DNA from: Macrostomum lignano | Taxonomy: Eukaryota | DNA: 64,000 nt | Assembly (NCBI GenBank): GCA_002269645.1 | Contig: NIVC01003217.1 | Location: 46,559-110,558, forward strand | Reading direction: 5' to 3' | Shown here: piece by piece, positions 26,901 to 42,999 of the stretch | Position numbering within the stretch: the stretch's first letter is position 1 | Layout: each line of letters begins with the position of its first letter | The notes under the pieces: model-generated | What the model was told of the DNA's origin: nothing | Databases searched by the model: none | What the model saw: only the letters and a program-made list of their open reading frames with translations | Made by a program: the position numbers and the translations under genes

Positions 26901-27751
26901 TTGGGCCTCGCTGCCACCAGTGTAAGACCAGAATTGCGAGAAATAATCAGTACGAGGGCTCAAAGGCCAAGTTAGTCGATATATATATTTGTCATTCATT
27001 ATGTAAGCGCGTACATTCCGATCGATATAGGTTCAGGTGAATAAAAGCGTGCCCAACCCCCCAGCGCAGGCCAACCCCCAAAACAGCCAACACAACGAAC
27101 ACCAAAACTCACAATATTATTGACAGTCGATTAGCAGTCTTTTTCAAAACAAACATATGTTATGCACCACCATAGTACATCAAGGAAGCGGAGAGTCAGC
27201 AATATTGCAATGCACCTGTAGCTCAAAACCACATTGAAAATGAATCTTAGAAAATGAATAAAAATGTATATATTTACAAATATTAATGCATTCATCAATT
27301 CATTTATTAGTTATTTTGCATTGTAAAACAAAGCAAAGCTTACTCCGAGGTTTCTGTCGATTCAGAATTGGGCCTAGAAAAAGTGATAAAACAATTTTTA
27401 AGAAAACAGTCTTTAAGTGTCAGAAGTAAGTGTCAATATTTCTATAGATTATCATATGTGATTAAACATTTAACATAACTAGCTAACTATTAGCTACCTT
27501 GACCTGCATACTAACCATGGCCAACCTTGCTTAACTTAGCTTGCCTAGCAAGCACAAAGTGCCTTTAAAAAGTAAAATTTCAAACATACACAAGAAGACA
27601 TTTGTGATTTATATTGAAGAGTAAGAATAAAATTAAAATTGTATAAAATTAACTCACCACTTTTAGATGGAGTTGAGCAGCCATGTCCAGCAACCTGATG
27701 CTCATAGCTAACAACATTGGCTGGCAATGGCAATTCAACTCTTTGCTGCAT
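20963..27751 (-). CDS. IPMK: Inositol polyphosphate multikinase (329 aa). Exons 27751-27658, 22353-21895, 21399-20963
   Basis: Inositol-phosphate-kinase motifs HQVAGH, KPIQAPPKGNREAEFY, PSVMDVKMG (PxxxDxKxG), ASSILL and MVDF. Both introns are GT-AG, phase 1; total 990 nt in frame. Confidence 0.92.
21415..21838. repeat. ~32-bp minisatellite (gtaggcgatatgtatcgaaaactatatttcta)
   Basis: Fills IPMK intron 2. Confidence 0.9.
23340..23604 (-). mobile_element. tRNA-derived CORE-SINE
   Basis: On the - strand: A box TAGCCCAGTGG, B box GGTTCGATTCT, then tgtgtccttgagcaagacacttaactctgcattgcttcagttcacccagctgtaaaatggg, which resembles the MIR/CORE domain (tgtgaccttgggcaagtcacttaacc...tcagtttcctcatctgtaaaatggg). 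The 3' boundary is approximate. Confidence 0.75.
23961..26057 (-). CDS. pol: Retrotransposon protease-integrase polyprotein (-1 frame relative to gag; no RT/RNase H)
   Basis: Aspartic protease LLDTGA, then directly ENVVPDMLSR (remnant of the RNase H C-terminal N..ADxLSR motif), integrase HHCC (AHD..GH..C..C), catalytic IDIKGP / SDQGRQF / GLVER, and GPY motif (WTGPY). The frame is open from the GGGAAAC slippery site at 26051-26057. Confidence 0.9.
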   Translation of the reverse strand, partial: GKLLRVGGDGPAPTRQVSAQTAHSVFVRALLQEKPVCFLLDTGAQTSLISHSLMRSCGLQLESGSSCCPTSVDGSRLQCLGTARGTVQVGETTRLDHVFNVVEGISVDLILGMDFIGRATSELRININNKTVCFNDEAVPFFTNSSKIRMVTGTLVARIECKINVPARSEKLVWLRVKSKDEPGLENVVPDMLSRTATTQLNSSRDQDFLEEQQRDALLQSVFKALTEGREHLSNSNQQKVEVFLGDDGIEIGPHGALVRQGKPVVPSHLRAEFLADAHDAAASGHLGADRTLHKLRERCWWPNMQQDVQNWVASCAACLRRKNNNRPQRAPLQSTAQPARPWETVQIDIKGPLPRTPRDNSYILSICDCFSKWMETCALPSIEAERVADVLVHQVALRHGVPDTIHSDQGRQFESQLFQSLCEQLGMRKTRTSPFHPSGNGLVERGNRTLGNMLATVVAESQDDWDVQLPFVTWAFNSSAHCTTGLSPFQVLHGWPPRLPLDFKLPHTNSGASDTLDYVEDVQKRLLQSRRLVHQKLQSAQTERNERYNKDVRFQPYNQGDLVMLSCKTVKPGRSKSLSNRWTGPYVVLKRLGEVNYRVRLAPGIAVRRRRKLVVHHDRLKPFVERRGSLQLTDEQQPAPATSTSPEQLGVPDAWAQLSGGNDDDGGDTEAAIDPVVPPELRRSVRQRRPPDVYRPE
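26045..26881 (-). CDS. gag: Retrotransposon Gag (278 aa)
   Basis: Two CCHC zinc knuckles (CYQCGKDGHIARRC, CFNCSGWGHNAAVC); ends GNF-stop. Confidence 0.92.
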   Translation of the reverse strand: MEERDEKSNDASLLPPKFSGQSNVHFWLSIFEDFAEDKNWDDAKRASKVKLLLRGEAQVCVWDMADTEKKSYEKIKALLLQQYGGSANQHRAMQEFQGRQRKNGESIRELSFALRLLYMGARPDDPSTLRDREVKFRIIQLLSAGIREALLKESDSDTCTLGTLVERATRLEQVMSKNTPASSSMVSVVDDRLSRLEQQLETLTAAVTSGAARKGRAGPGDRRQAQRTSGCYQCGKDGHIARRCPTKGSHKQGRCFNCSGWGHNAAVCPSKARPAGNF

Positions 27752-30261
27752 TAGGGATAAACTTGATTTTAGTATTAGTTATTAGTGAAATTTTTATATA
27801 TACGCTGAAAGCATTAAAATATTAATGAGGATAGAATTTTTTATAAATGTGGGTAGTTTGCATTTTATAGACAGACATTGGCGGCATTGCCAGATAATTT
27901 TTATCAGGCTTAGCCATAATAAAGGTCAAGCTAATTATAAGCAAGGATAAGATAGAATATTGTCTAATGTTGACCCTAATTGATTTTTTATACTCGTAAA
28001 GGCTAAATAGTATTCTAAGAACAATATACTTAGACAAATTCTCAAATATATACTTAGACAACTACTCAGATATATACTCAGACTAATTCTAAGAAACATT
28101 TCTCAGACTTATTCTAAGATTAATAAACTCTTATTAATAGAATAGTCTTGGTGGCAGCTACCAACATTAGAACAATTTATAAAGATGGAAGTCAAACCCT
28201 GTACCAACTTAGTGACAGCTGGGGAATCATTTGTAGGGACAGAACTTATCCCTAGCACAGATATAATTTTGAAAGATTATTTATTTGATGCATTACATAT
28301 CTCAAACTAGTTAAATAAAAAAATAAGATTGCTTATTCTAACTTTTGCCAATATTCATATTCTATTGATTTAAAACTTTAATCTATTTAAATTGCATATT
28401 AATATTGGCATATGCATATAGAGGTTAAAGACATACTAATATCTTTACAAATTAAGCATACTTATTGCTAAATTACTTTGTCTAAAATCACTATCAACTA
28501 AATTAGACCTAAAAAAATCTTTTTTTATTTTAAACTAAAACAAAATGATAAAGTGAAAAAGCCTAATTGATAAATCTTACAAATAGTCCAAAATAGGGAT
28601 GTTTTAAATTAAAATTAAATGTAGGTCAATTAATTAGTTCTAATTTTTTAGTCTTTAATTTACCAAATTTTCTAAATGGCCATAGGCCTAGACTTATAAA
28701 TACCTTATTTGACTCTACTGACCTTGGCATAGACTATTCTAGGCCATAAACTAAGCCTATCTTACTTCTGCAATTATAAAAGCCTTTTTTGTATTGCAAC
28801 ATTTTACAGTTTATATGTATATTATAACAAAATAAATATCATGTTTTTTTACCTTTCAAACAACTTCCAATTACAAAAAATTAATTTTTAATTTCTTTAA
28901 AATAGGCCCTAATACTACCACAATAATAGTATTTTTTGTTGGCACTCTCTTTACCTTTTAACTGCTACCTTTTTTTTAAGATGTATTATCTTTTGTTACA
29001 AAAAGTGGAACATGCCTATATCTATTTTCAAATTGCTTTATATACCACTTTTTGTATAATAAATATTTTTCTCAGATTCAAGCATGTTAAATATATATAT
29101 CACTGAACTATGAAGGGCTAATGCATGACAAAAAATTGTGAAAATTCATTTTCAAGCTCAAAGTATATCACTTTTTCTAATTTTTCATTTTTGGGCCACT
29201 TGTTTACAATCTCATTGAAGTGCCTATATATAGGGGCCTAGTTGTTTTGATAAATAAAATTTTAGCCAATTGGTTTTTATTAACACTAAACCAATGTTAA
29301 AATATACATAGTGGGATTGTGGGAATAGGGTGACTACATACTGGACAAGCAGAATGCTGAATGTGGTATTACTGATAATAAGGAATCTCTAAAGACAGTG
29401 TCCACCAACGAAAACAAGGCAAACTAAGCAAATGGTGTTATTTAGCATGATGACTCACTCATCAGTCATCCTCTCTGTCTGTCTCTGTGCACAACTGTTG
29501 CTATTTAAATATATTGTAATATTGCCAACCAATGTTATGTATTGTTGTATTATATTGCAATATAATAGTGTCATATTAATTGCAATGAACAAAACGTTTT
29601 ATAATAATGGTCATTGATTGTAATAAAAACTCTCTAACACAAACAACAGGTTAAACTGCTCCGGATTGCGAATGCTTCGTTAAAGCGTAAACAAAAAAGA
29701 ACATGACGTCCTATTTTTTTCTTTGAAAGTAATTAACTCGAATACTTACTTTTTTACTTGCAAGCATTCAAACAAATTAAATATAGAATGCTTAAAAAGC
29801 CTTGGTCACATACTTACTTTCTAAGCTGAGACGAACTCTAGTTTAAATTTAGTAAAAAGAGCATATACAGTAAGACTTAAATTTAATCTTCTTGTATTCT
29901 CTTTGTATGTGTAACTATTGCAGAATGTACCCTGTGAAAAATGAGCTGGCGAAGCGAAACACTTACTTTGGTAACAGACATAGCGAAATGGAAAATGTGT
30001 GTAAAATACCTAAAATAACTAGTATAAAATGCGTAAAAAGCAACAAACATAATTGTATGGTACAAAATTATTTCTGTAATCCGCAAATGTCATCAACTGT
30101 CATCAACTCTCATCAACTCAAATACATACACTCAAATACTCTCAAATTCATCAACTCATCAACTCAAATGTCATCAACTCTGAAAATGTCATTATAGCAA
30201 CCATTATAGCAACCGTTATAGCAAACCAGTACTCTTCTTGATGCTCTGCAGGGGGATTCTA

Positions 30262-31930
30262 CCCGGCGGTAAAAATCACGTCGAAATGACGTCGAAAAGC
30301 GACGTCGAAATTTCATGTCGATTTGAACCACGATTTCGACGTCGAAATTTTCGCCATCAGATGTCGAGTATGCGACGTCGTGTTTTCCACTATTGATGGC
30401 GAAAAATCGACGTCGTTTATACTCGTCGATCACAGAAAGTAAATGGCGATTTTCGACAAATTTTCGATTTTAATATTATGGCTATTAATACTAGTACTTA
30501 ATATTATTAATATGCTAGAGCAATGTTTCATACAATTAGCCATAAACTACATGTACGTAACTTACAGCTGACGGAACATAAGTTTTATAACTCATACGCT
30601 GAAATACTCTAAGCAGTAAAAGAAGTGTTAAGGCATAAAAATGCTAAATAGGGCTGACGTTTCATTTGCTATCCGCGCAAATTGCAATAATCTTGCAACC
30701 ATGAAAAAAGTATAGTACCGTGTATTCAATTCCAATTCAGCAGCAATTGGAAACGATCATGGAAATCGGCATCCAGCAATTGCGAACAGAAAGCAACGAT
30801 GAGAAAAAAACGATGAAAAACTGTGAGCAATGATACACGGATACACGCAATGGCAACAGAGTATACATTTAATACAGTAGTTACACTTAATCAATAGCAA
30901 CATCTAAATATAATAAATGCACCTATACTAAATCTCTAATCTCAAAATATATATACTAAAAATGGTCTGCTCTGATATACTAAACTACATACATCTAATA
31001 GCATCATACTAAAGAACGGTAGGGTTTATAAGCAATTATAAAAACTACATACAAAATATATTTATTCTATCAGTCTTTATTTTAATTATTTCTTCTTTTG
31101 CTTAGAGCTCAGCAATTATTTGGCCATTGCAATTTAGTTTTTACTGTAACTATGAGCATATGCTACAAACACAAACTACAACTTCTTTACTTTCTGCAAT
31201 TTTGACTTGATAAAGAACTAGCAAAAGCATGACATAATGGACAAAAGATGATATTGAGTCTAACTAGAACTACACTCAAAAATGTAAAATGTGAAATAAA
31301 AAATGAGAAGTAACAATAACAGCAAAGCAAATAAAAGAGGAAAATGAACAATTATCTTTGTTGTTCCTCTTGACTGGAAAGATAATTAACAGCAATGACA
31401 GCAAAACAAACAATAAAAAATTTATGGCTACTTTATTGATTCGCTTATACATATATAAACGATTAAAACTCTAGGCAGCAATATTATGTTAAACCAAATT
31501 ATACACACAATTTATGACACACAATCACACATTAATACAGCGACAAATATAAAAAATGCATTGAAAGGAAGAAGCTGCCATGCGTAATACAGAAGTATAA
31601 GTTAAACATTTATGTATATAAGTTAGGCATCAAAAATAATAAATCGACATCGCATGGCGATATTTTAAAAAAATGCGCGTATCTAGCGCTGAGTTAAAAC
31701 AAAAAATATAACCTCTGTTGTACTGAATTTTTAGGTCAATTTTGTAAACTCGCAATCACGTTGAAGAAAACATTGTAAAATATCATAAATGATATATTTG
31801 GCAAATGAGAAGATAAAATAATTCATATCGAAATTTCGACGTCGAATGAAGGTTCAACCGACAACTAATTCGGCGATAGTCTTTAAAAGGCGAATATCGA
31901 CGTCATTTCGACGTGATTTTTACCGCCGGG
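30262..31930. mobile_element. Non-autonomous DNA transposon (1669 bp) with 34-bp perfect TIRs and TA flanks
   Basis: cccggcggtaaaaatcacgtcgaaatgacgtcga (30262-30295) is the exact reverse complement of 31897-31930. TA on both sides. Subterminal GACGTCGA repeats; AT-rich interior with no transposase ORF. Confidence 0.88.
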
Positions 31931-33257
31931 TACGGCGATTTTATCGAAAGGTCAGACGCCTGAATGTCGTAAAGGAATTTGAGCAAACGCATCGGCAGGA
32001 TGCATGTTACAGTGCATGTACATCGCAAGTTAATGAGCAATTGAGAATATATACATGCATGTTAGTTACCCCCCCCCCCTATTTTTTACTTGGGCTGGTT
32101 ATGCACTTCTGCATACCAAATTCAACTCTGCTTTTAAAAAAGACTAAAGCCCCAAACTGAGCTTCTGCGCATTCGGCAGATTCTGCGCTGAGTTTTCATG
32201 GGTCTCGAACGCTTTGGCTCGGCTCGAGCACGTACATGTAGGGAGTGTCCTCACCCATGCAGGCTGAACCGCTCCAAGCTGACGTTCTCCGTCTAGGGCC
32301 CTTTCCTTTCTCCCCTCTACTTTTCCTCTCTCTACTCTTAATTGGTAGCAAAATCGTGGCGTAATTTCGCCAAAGGAAAAGGCATAAAAGTTTTGAGATA
32401 AATCCAGGTTTTTAACGTTGAATTTGCTTTGGTCCTTTAATTTGCTCCTTGCTCGTCTTACACGCGCAGTTTTGCTAAAATTGTTGAGTGAACCATCAAT
32501 AGAATAATGTATTTGATCCATAGCCTAAGGTTCATCTCGGTTCGCGACCGTAGTAGCTATTGTTGTATGCATACCGACTTAAAGAAAATAAAGTACCGGT
32601 AGACACGCAGAACTATACCCAATCCAAGGGCCGGGCCCCTATTCGTGTTTTCAATATTAAATTTTGTACCTAAATATCATACAATACATGCATGTATTCA
32701 TGTGCAGTATGTGCATGCAAATGTTAATGCGGGTGCAGAGTTCATAGTACACACACGTACATGTAGGGTACATTTTAACGCTACTATACACAGCATCGCA
32801 TGTACAATGTACAGTATATGTTAACATATACCAACCATACATTTACCACCACCCAATTGTAGCCACAACAGGGCAACACATATATGATTATAAATCCACT
32901 AAAAAGCAGAGAGATCAAGGTTTGACCTAGAGTGTTTTTTAACCCCTTTAATTAGTACGAGTAGGCAGAATTGAATGAACGAATTTATATAGTGCGAACA
33001 CTCAATAAAGACGCATTCAAGAAAAATTTCCACTTGGAATTTTTCCGATAACACACAAATTACACACGTCACGACGTCATGCTCACCCACTGCAATTGCA
33101 ATTACAGTGCGCTTATCATATCGTATTGGCACGTCTTTTCTTATATACTACGTGTTAGTACGGCGTTGTTTAAGGGTTAGAAAACCGCTTATAAAAAAAT
33201 TCAATCGCGTGACCTATAGGGCACTTACTATATAGCTTTATAGCCACTCTAGTACCA

Positions 33258-33263
<6 letters not shown>

Positions 33264-33335
<72 letters not shown>
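33264..33335. repeat. (CT)n microsatellite upstream of cystinosin
   Basis: Direct observation. Confidence 0.97.
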
Positions 33336-33536
33336 ACTTAGCGTAACAGCTCTCTCGCAGTCAATTAAATGTACACCGCATCAACTAGAGATAACCGGTT
33401 TCAATCTTAATAACTGTACGGTGGACTCTCGCAGCACGCGCACTATATAAACAAAGTGCACCGCGAGGGTCTTTGACTATACAGCTCTAAACATTAATTA
33501 ACGGTGAATGTAATTTTACCAACACCGTAGTACGTC

Positions 33537-34874
33537 ATGCTTGCGTCTAAATCAGGCATTATAATTACCTTCTTCCTCGTTATTCTAGCGGCTCAAAGTA
33601 TGATGGTCACGCCAACAACAACTACGGGTGGTACTACAGTCGAAGAGGAGCTGTTCCAGACAATCGACGAGACAGAACCGATCACGGTGACATTCTCGCA
33701 GACTGACGTAGTTATCGAAGTTGGAGAACAGGCCCATCTATTCTTCCAATTATCTGGCCAATTCAGCAACTCAACCAAGGACGACTATCTGTACTTCACC
33801 TATCAGGTGGAGGCCGGCGAAGCGATCACCAGCAAGCAGCGAGTGCCAGTGATTGGCGATCTGGCTCGCGTCTGGCTTCCATCGACCAACGAAACCTATC
33901 ACGCCATGCCATTCGTGATAGTCGGCCTGACGCCAGGTCACCTGATCATCGGTCTGAACTGCACCAATCCCGAGTTCGAGAATCGTCCCGACCGATTCGT
34001 TCGAATCCAAGTTATTCGCAGTCGATGGATCAACGTTATAAACTTCACTGTCGGTCTGTTGTACGTCTTCTGCTGGTCGGCGTCCTACTACCCGCAGACT
34101 TGGCTGAACTACACCAGAAAGTCTGTGGTCGGTTTAAATTTCGACTTTGTCGGCTTCAACATCATGGGCTTTATTGTCTACAGCATCTTCAATGTCGGCC
34201 TGTACTGGGTGCCGCCATTGCAGGTGATGTATCACCAGCAGCATCCCCGAGGCGTCATCCCAGTGCAGCTGGCTGACTGCATCTTCGCCTTGCACTGCTT
34301 CGGCATCACCATATTCCAGGGCATTCAATGCTTTATTTATGAACGCGGCGGACAGAAACTCTCCATAATTGGCAGTCTGTTACTAGGCGGTATGGCGTCA
34401 TTCCTATTAATCTGTCTGATACTAACCGCCGCCTGTGGAGCTACCTGCGGTCTCACCTGGCTACAGTTTATCTATTTTGCGTCCTACCTAAAACTCTTGA
34501 TTACACTGGTTAAATACGTGCCGCAGGCTTATATGAACTACAGTCGAAAGTCCACCTGGGGTTGGTCCATTGGCCAGGTTTACCTGGATTTTTCTGGCGG
34601 CTTTCTCAGCATTGCCCAGATGCTTTTGCTGGCATATAACTATAATGACTGGGACTCGCTGCTAGGCGACCCAACCAAACTCGGTCTCGGCATTGTCTCC
34701 ATTTTCTATAACATTCTGTTCTTCATGCAGCACTACTGCTTTTATGGGCCAAGCACTGGAGGCATTATAGTCATCGATGGCGGCAGCGTGACCCACTCGG
34801 ATGCCCGTGTCAACAGCAACAGCAACGCCTACCAAATGGAAAAATCCACCGACGAGAAGACAAGACTGCTGTGA
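33537..34874 (+). CDS. CTNS: Cystinosin (PQ-loop lysosomal cystine/H+ symporter), intronless, 445 aa
   Basis: Signal peptide, luminal domain with N-glycosylation sequons, two PQ loops (SYYPQTWLNYTRKSVVGLNFDF; KYVPQAYMNYSRKSTWGWSI), LGDPTKLGLG, and seven hydrophobic segments. Confidence 0.95.
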   Translation: MLASKSGIIITFFLVILAAQSMMVTPTTTTGGTTVEEELFQTIDETEPITVTFSQTDVVIEVGEQAHLFFQLSGQFSNSTKDDYLYFTYQVEAGEAITSKQRVPVIGDLARVWLPSTNETYHAMPFVIVGLTPGHLIIGLNCTNPEFENRPDRFVRIQVIRSRWINVINFTVGLLYVFCWSASYYPQTWLNYTRKSVVGLNFDFVGFNIMGFIVYSIFNVGLYWVPPLQVMYHQQHPRGVIPVQLADCIFALHCFGITIFQGIQCFIYERGGQKLSIIGSLLLGGMASFLLICLILTAACGATCGLTWLQFIYFASYLKLLITLVKYVPQAYMNYSRKSTWGWSIGQVYLDFSGGFLSIAQMLLLAYNYNDWDSLLGDPTKLGLGIVSIFYNILFFMQHYCFYGPSTGGIIVIDGGSVTHSDARVNSNSNAYQMEKSTDEKTRLL

Positions 34875-35059
34875 GGGAAAAATAGCAGACCGACTAGTTT
34901 CTAACTTTGTTTCCCCGTCATCTTTTGGAGCATTTTTATACTGTTATTGAGAGAGCAATAAACCCGTAGTAAAAGGCCGTATAGTAGTAGAAATAGTATA
35001 GAAGAAAAGAAATGACTAGTTTTCACAAACCTTAACCGCTAGCATCCTCGACTCCATTC

Positions 35060-35330
35060 AATCCTTCATTGGCTACAGAGAGTTCACCATTCCATCGCGT
35101 ACTCTCTACCCCTTCTCGCTCGTTCATTGGCTACAGAGAGTTCACCATTCCATCGCGTACTCTCTATCCCTTCTTGCTCGTTCATTGGCTACAGAGAGTT
35201 CACCATTCCATCGCGTACTCTCTACCCCTTCTCGCTCATTCATTGGCTACAGAGAGTTCACCATTCCATCGCGTACTCTCTATCCCTTCTTGCTCGTTCA
35301 TTGGCTACAGAGAGTTCATCATTCCATCCA
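35060..35330. repeat. ~58-bp tandem repeat (ttcattggctacagagagttcaccattccatcgcgtactctcta...)
   Basis: About 5 units downstream of CTNS. Confidence 0.9.
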
Positions 35331-35761
35331 TCTTACACTCTCCACTTCAGCTCTCTCTCTGATTGGCTAAAAAGACTCGATCAGTTTTTTTTCTCAAATA
35401 TTTCTGTCCTTACTTGCTCGCTGATTAGCTATTGAAATTTGACCGTTTCTAAACTCGAAAATAATATTTTTACTGCTTAGAAGAAAACAAAAAAATATTT
35501 CGCAGTCTATCAAATTTCATTATTAAAAAAGCATCAATAAAGATGATATTCTACTTTTTTGTTAGTTCGGTTCGTTTAGAAACCAAAATATATAGTATTT
35601 TTTGTTATATTTTTGTCCCAAATTGGCTGGAAATTGTGTTTTACCGTTTTTGTTTACTTGCAAAGAAGATACATGTACTCCTTTTAGTTGTAGCTAGTAA
35701 TTTATATTATCAAGCAGATGTAATAAAATAGTTAGCAGCATCGAACGCTAGCACTAATTAG

Positions 35762-40548
<4,787 letters not shown>

Positions 40549-40639
40549 GGTTTGCTTTTTTGTTTTGATTCAGAAATTTTTTTCTATGAAGCTTTACAAA
40601 CTTGTGACACAAAGTCTGAAGCACCGCAATGTATAAATA

Positions 40640-41205
40640 GGGGTGGATTGGAATGGGGCTCAGTCGGCAGCGAGTGTACATTGGGGTAGATTGGAATGGG
40701 GCTTAGTCGGGAGCGAGTGTACATTGGGGTGGGGTTGGAATGGGGCTCAGTCGGCAGCGAGTGTACATTGGGTGGGGTTGGAATGGGGCTTAGTCGGGAG
40801 CGAGTGTACATTGGGGTGGGGTTGGAATGGGGCTCAGTCGGCAGCGAGTGTACATTGGGTGGGGTTGGAATGGGGCTTAGTCGGGAGCGAGTGTACATTG
40901 GGGTGGGGTTGGAATGGGGCTTAGTCGGGAGCGAGTGTACATTGGGTGGGGTTGGAATGGGGCTTAGTCGGGAGCGAGTGTACATTGGGGTGGGGTTGGA
41001 ATGGGGCTCAGTCGGGAGCGAGTGTACATTGGGGTGGGGTTGGAATGGGGCTCAGTCGGGAGCGAGTGTACATTGGGGTGGGGTTGGAATGGGGCTCAGT
41101 CGGGAGCGAGTGTACATTGGGTGGGGTTGGAATGGGGCTCAGTCGGGAGCGAGTGTACATTGGGTGGGGTTGGAATGGGGCTCAGAAGGGAGCGAGTGTA
41201 CATTA
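40640..41205. repeat. ~44-bp G-rich minisatellite (gcgagtgtacattggggtggggttggaatggggctcagtcggga)
   Basis: Direct repeats upstream of the MYORG ATG. Confidence 0.95.
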
Positions 41206-41649
41206 AAGTGAATCGCCAACACATTTTACCAGTGTTTTTCTATACAAAATAATTTGATTTAATTTCGGAAACGAGTATGATAATTTGCGAAATCATTTAC
41301 AATTTTATCATATCAATCACTTGAGTTCGCCAGGCACCCATTCAATTTTTCAAGAGTGCTTTAATCAAAAATTCAAATTTAATAAAATGATCAAGTCAGA
41401 TAGAAGCAAATTAATCAATTATAAATTAGTTTTAGTCTCTACTGAAAATAAGTTTTTGACGTACAAAAATTAACAATTTTCAACGTTCAGAGGTGTTTTA
41501 AATTGCTTTTCATTAGATTATACATCAATTTTTATTTTTTCACTGAAAAAATGTTTTTTTTCTCTAGGGTGTATTTTTTGTTTTTACAGATCATAAAATA
41601 GGCTGAAGTGAGTTCGAATTTCTTGTGTTGTAGCTTAGCAATGAAAGAG

Positions 41650-42190
41650 AATGAAAAGGAAATGATGGAAGGGAGATAGAGAGAGGGTAAAGAGGGTGAA
41701 ATATGGTAAAGAGAGCGGAGGGGAGGAGGAGAGGAGAGGGTAAAGAGGGGAGAGAAGAGGGTAGAGAGGGGCGAGGAGAGGGTAAAGAGGGGCGAGGAGA
41801 GGGTAAAGAGGGGAGAGAAGAGGTTAGAGAGGGGCGAGGAGAGGGTAAAGAGGGGAGAGAAGAGGGTAGAGAGGGGAGAGAAGAGGGTAGAGAGGGGCGA
41901 GGAGAGGGTAAAGAGGGGCGAGGAGAGGGTAAAGACGGGCGAGGAGAGGGTAAAGAGGGGAGAGAAGAGGTTAGAGAGGGGCGAGGAGAGGGTAAAGAGG
42001 GGAGACAAGAGGGTAGAGAGGGGAGAGAAGAGGGTAGAGAGGGAGAGAAGAGGGTAGAGAGGGGCGAGGAGAGGGTAAAGAGGGGCGAGGAGAGGGTAAA
42101 GAGGGGAGAGAAGAGGGTAGAGAGGGGCGAGGAGAGGGTAAAGAGGGGTGAGGAGAGGGTAGAGAGAGGAAAGAAGAGGGTAAAGGAAGA
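41650..42190. repeat. Purine-rich (GA) minisatellite
   Basis: gagggtaaagaggggcgagga / gagggtagagaggggagagaa units. Confidence 0.92.
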
Positions 42191-42328
42191 TGGAAAGCCT
42201 AACAAGACAACAAGCTAAAAAATGCCAATCAAAACAACACTAGCATAGAACAATATTCAAATACAACGAAGCAAATTTCAGTCATTGAATAATTGTCAGG
42301 AACTAACCAAGGCAAATTCTGCTTAACC

Positions 42329-42934
42329 TCAAGGCTCTTCCCTATACTTAGGGAACACATTATTCCTTCTCTTATTTCTATACTTGAGCGAATTGTAATT
42401 ATTCAGCTGAATAATGGACCGCCTAGTGGGCATAAACTCCTTCATATACTCGTCTTGCACCGATAGGCGCCGGAAATTTCTCAGAAACTCGCTGCCCCGA
42501 CTCAGCCGAGTGTAATTGGGCCCGACGTAGAGATCTTTCGGCGTGACCTCGCCCTCGCCCAGTATGTCAATGTAGTCGTTCTGACCAAACAGAGCCTGCT
42601 TCGGGTGCCAGTCATCAATAGGCTGATACGGCGGCATCACCACCGGCGCCTCGTGTCTGGGATCCTTTAGCCGCGGCAGCAGGCCGCCGTTCTGCATCGG
42701 CCGGGCTTTCCTAGCGAGATCTCTCGACTCAGGCAGCAGGTATGAGTCAGCTGTGGTGGCCTGTTTACCACTAGCTGAAGACTCTGTTGTCAAGGCATTG
42801 GCTTCTGTTGCTAGGCGATCGAGAAATCCGCGCCAATAGCTGTACCGTTCGCTGCTCAGGTGTCTCAGCTGTAGTAGTGGTCTAATACGCTGCATAGTAC
42901 TCATCATACTACTGCTAGTAAGTAGGGTTGGCAT
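42329..42934 (-). CDS. MRPL51: Mitochondrial ribosomal protein L51 (201 aa)
   Basis: DDWHPKQALFGQNDYIDILG...PKDL..GP...RGSEF matches the invertebrate mL51 signature as I recall it. The basic N-terminus resembles a presequence. Confidence 0.82.
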   Translation of the reverse strand: MPTLLTSSSMMSTMQRIRPLLQLRHLSSERYSYWRGFLDRLATEANALTTESSASGKQATTADSYLLPESRDLARKARPMQNGGLLPRLKDPRHEAPVVMPPYQPIDDWHPKQALFGQNDYIDILGEGEVTPKDLYVGPNYTRLSRGSEFLRNFRRLSVQDEYMKEFMPTRRSIIQLNNYNSLKYRNKRRNNVFPKYREEP

Positions 42935-42999
42935 TGCTGCTGAACAGCAATTGGGAACATGGACTTAAGGCTATTGCATTGTATTTGTGATGCAATGGC

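Larger units (their letters stand above)
23712..27113 (-). mobile_element. Ty3/gypsy LTR retrotransposon (3402 bp) lacking RT and RNase H, in IPMK intron 1
   Basis: 193-bp LTRs (23712-23904 and 26921-27113) with TG...CA ends and one mismatch; 4-bp TSD ATAT (23708-23711 and 27114-27117); PBS TGGTGGCAGCG next to the 5' LTR (complementary to a tRNA-Leu-type 3' end); PPT GGGGGAAAGTGG next to the 3' LTR. Confidence 0.95.

Noticed and set aside
27800-29880. AT-rich region with short ORFs upstream of IPMK
   Set aside because: No motifs, repeats or splice-consistent exons that I could support.
32144-32521. 125-aa ORF upstream of cystinosin
   Set aside because: No recognisable domain or exon structure; probably a chance ORF.
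33060-33220. CRE/E-box-like motifs (cacgtcacgacgtca, tcgcgtgac) upstream of CTNS
   Set aside because: Imperfect matches and no TSS evidence, so TFEB/CLEAR regulation cannot be supported from sequence alone.
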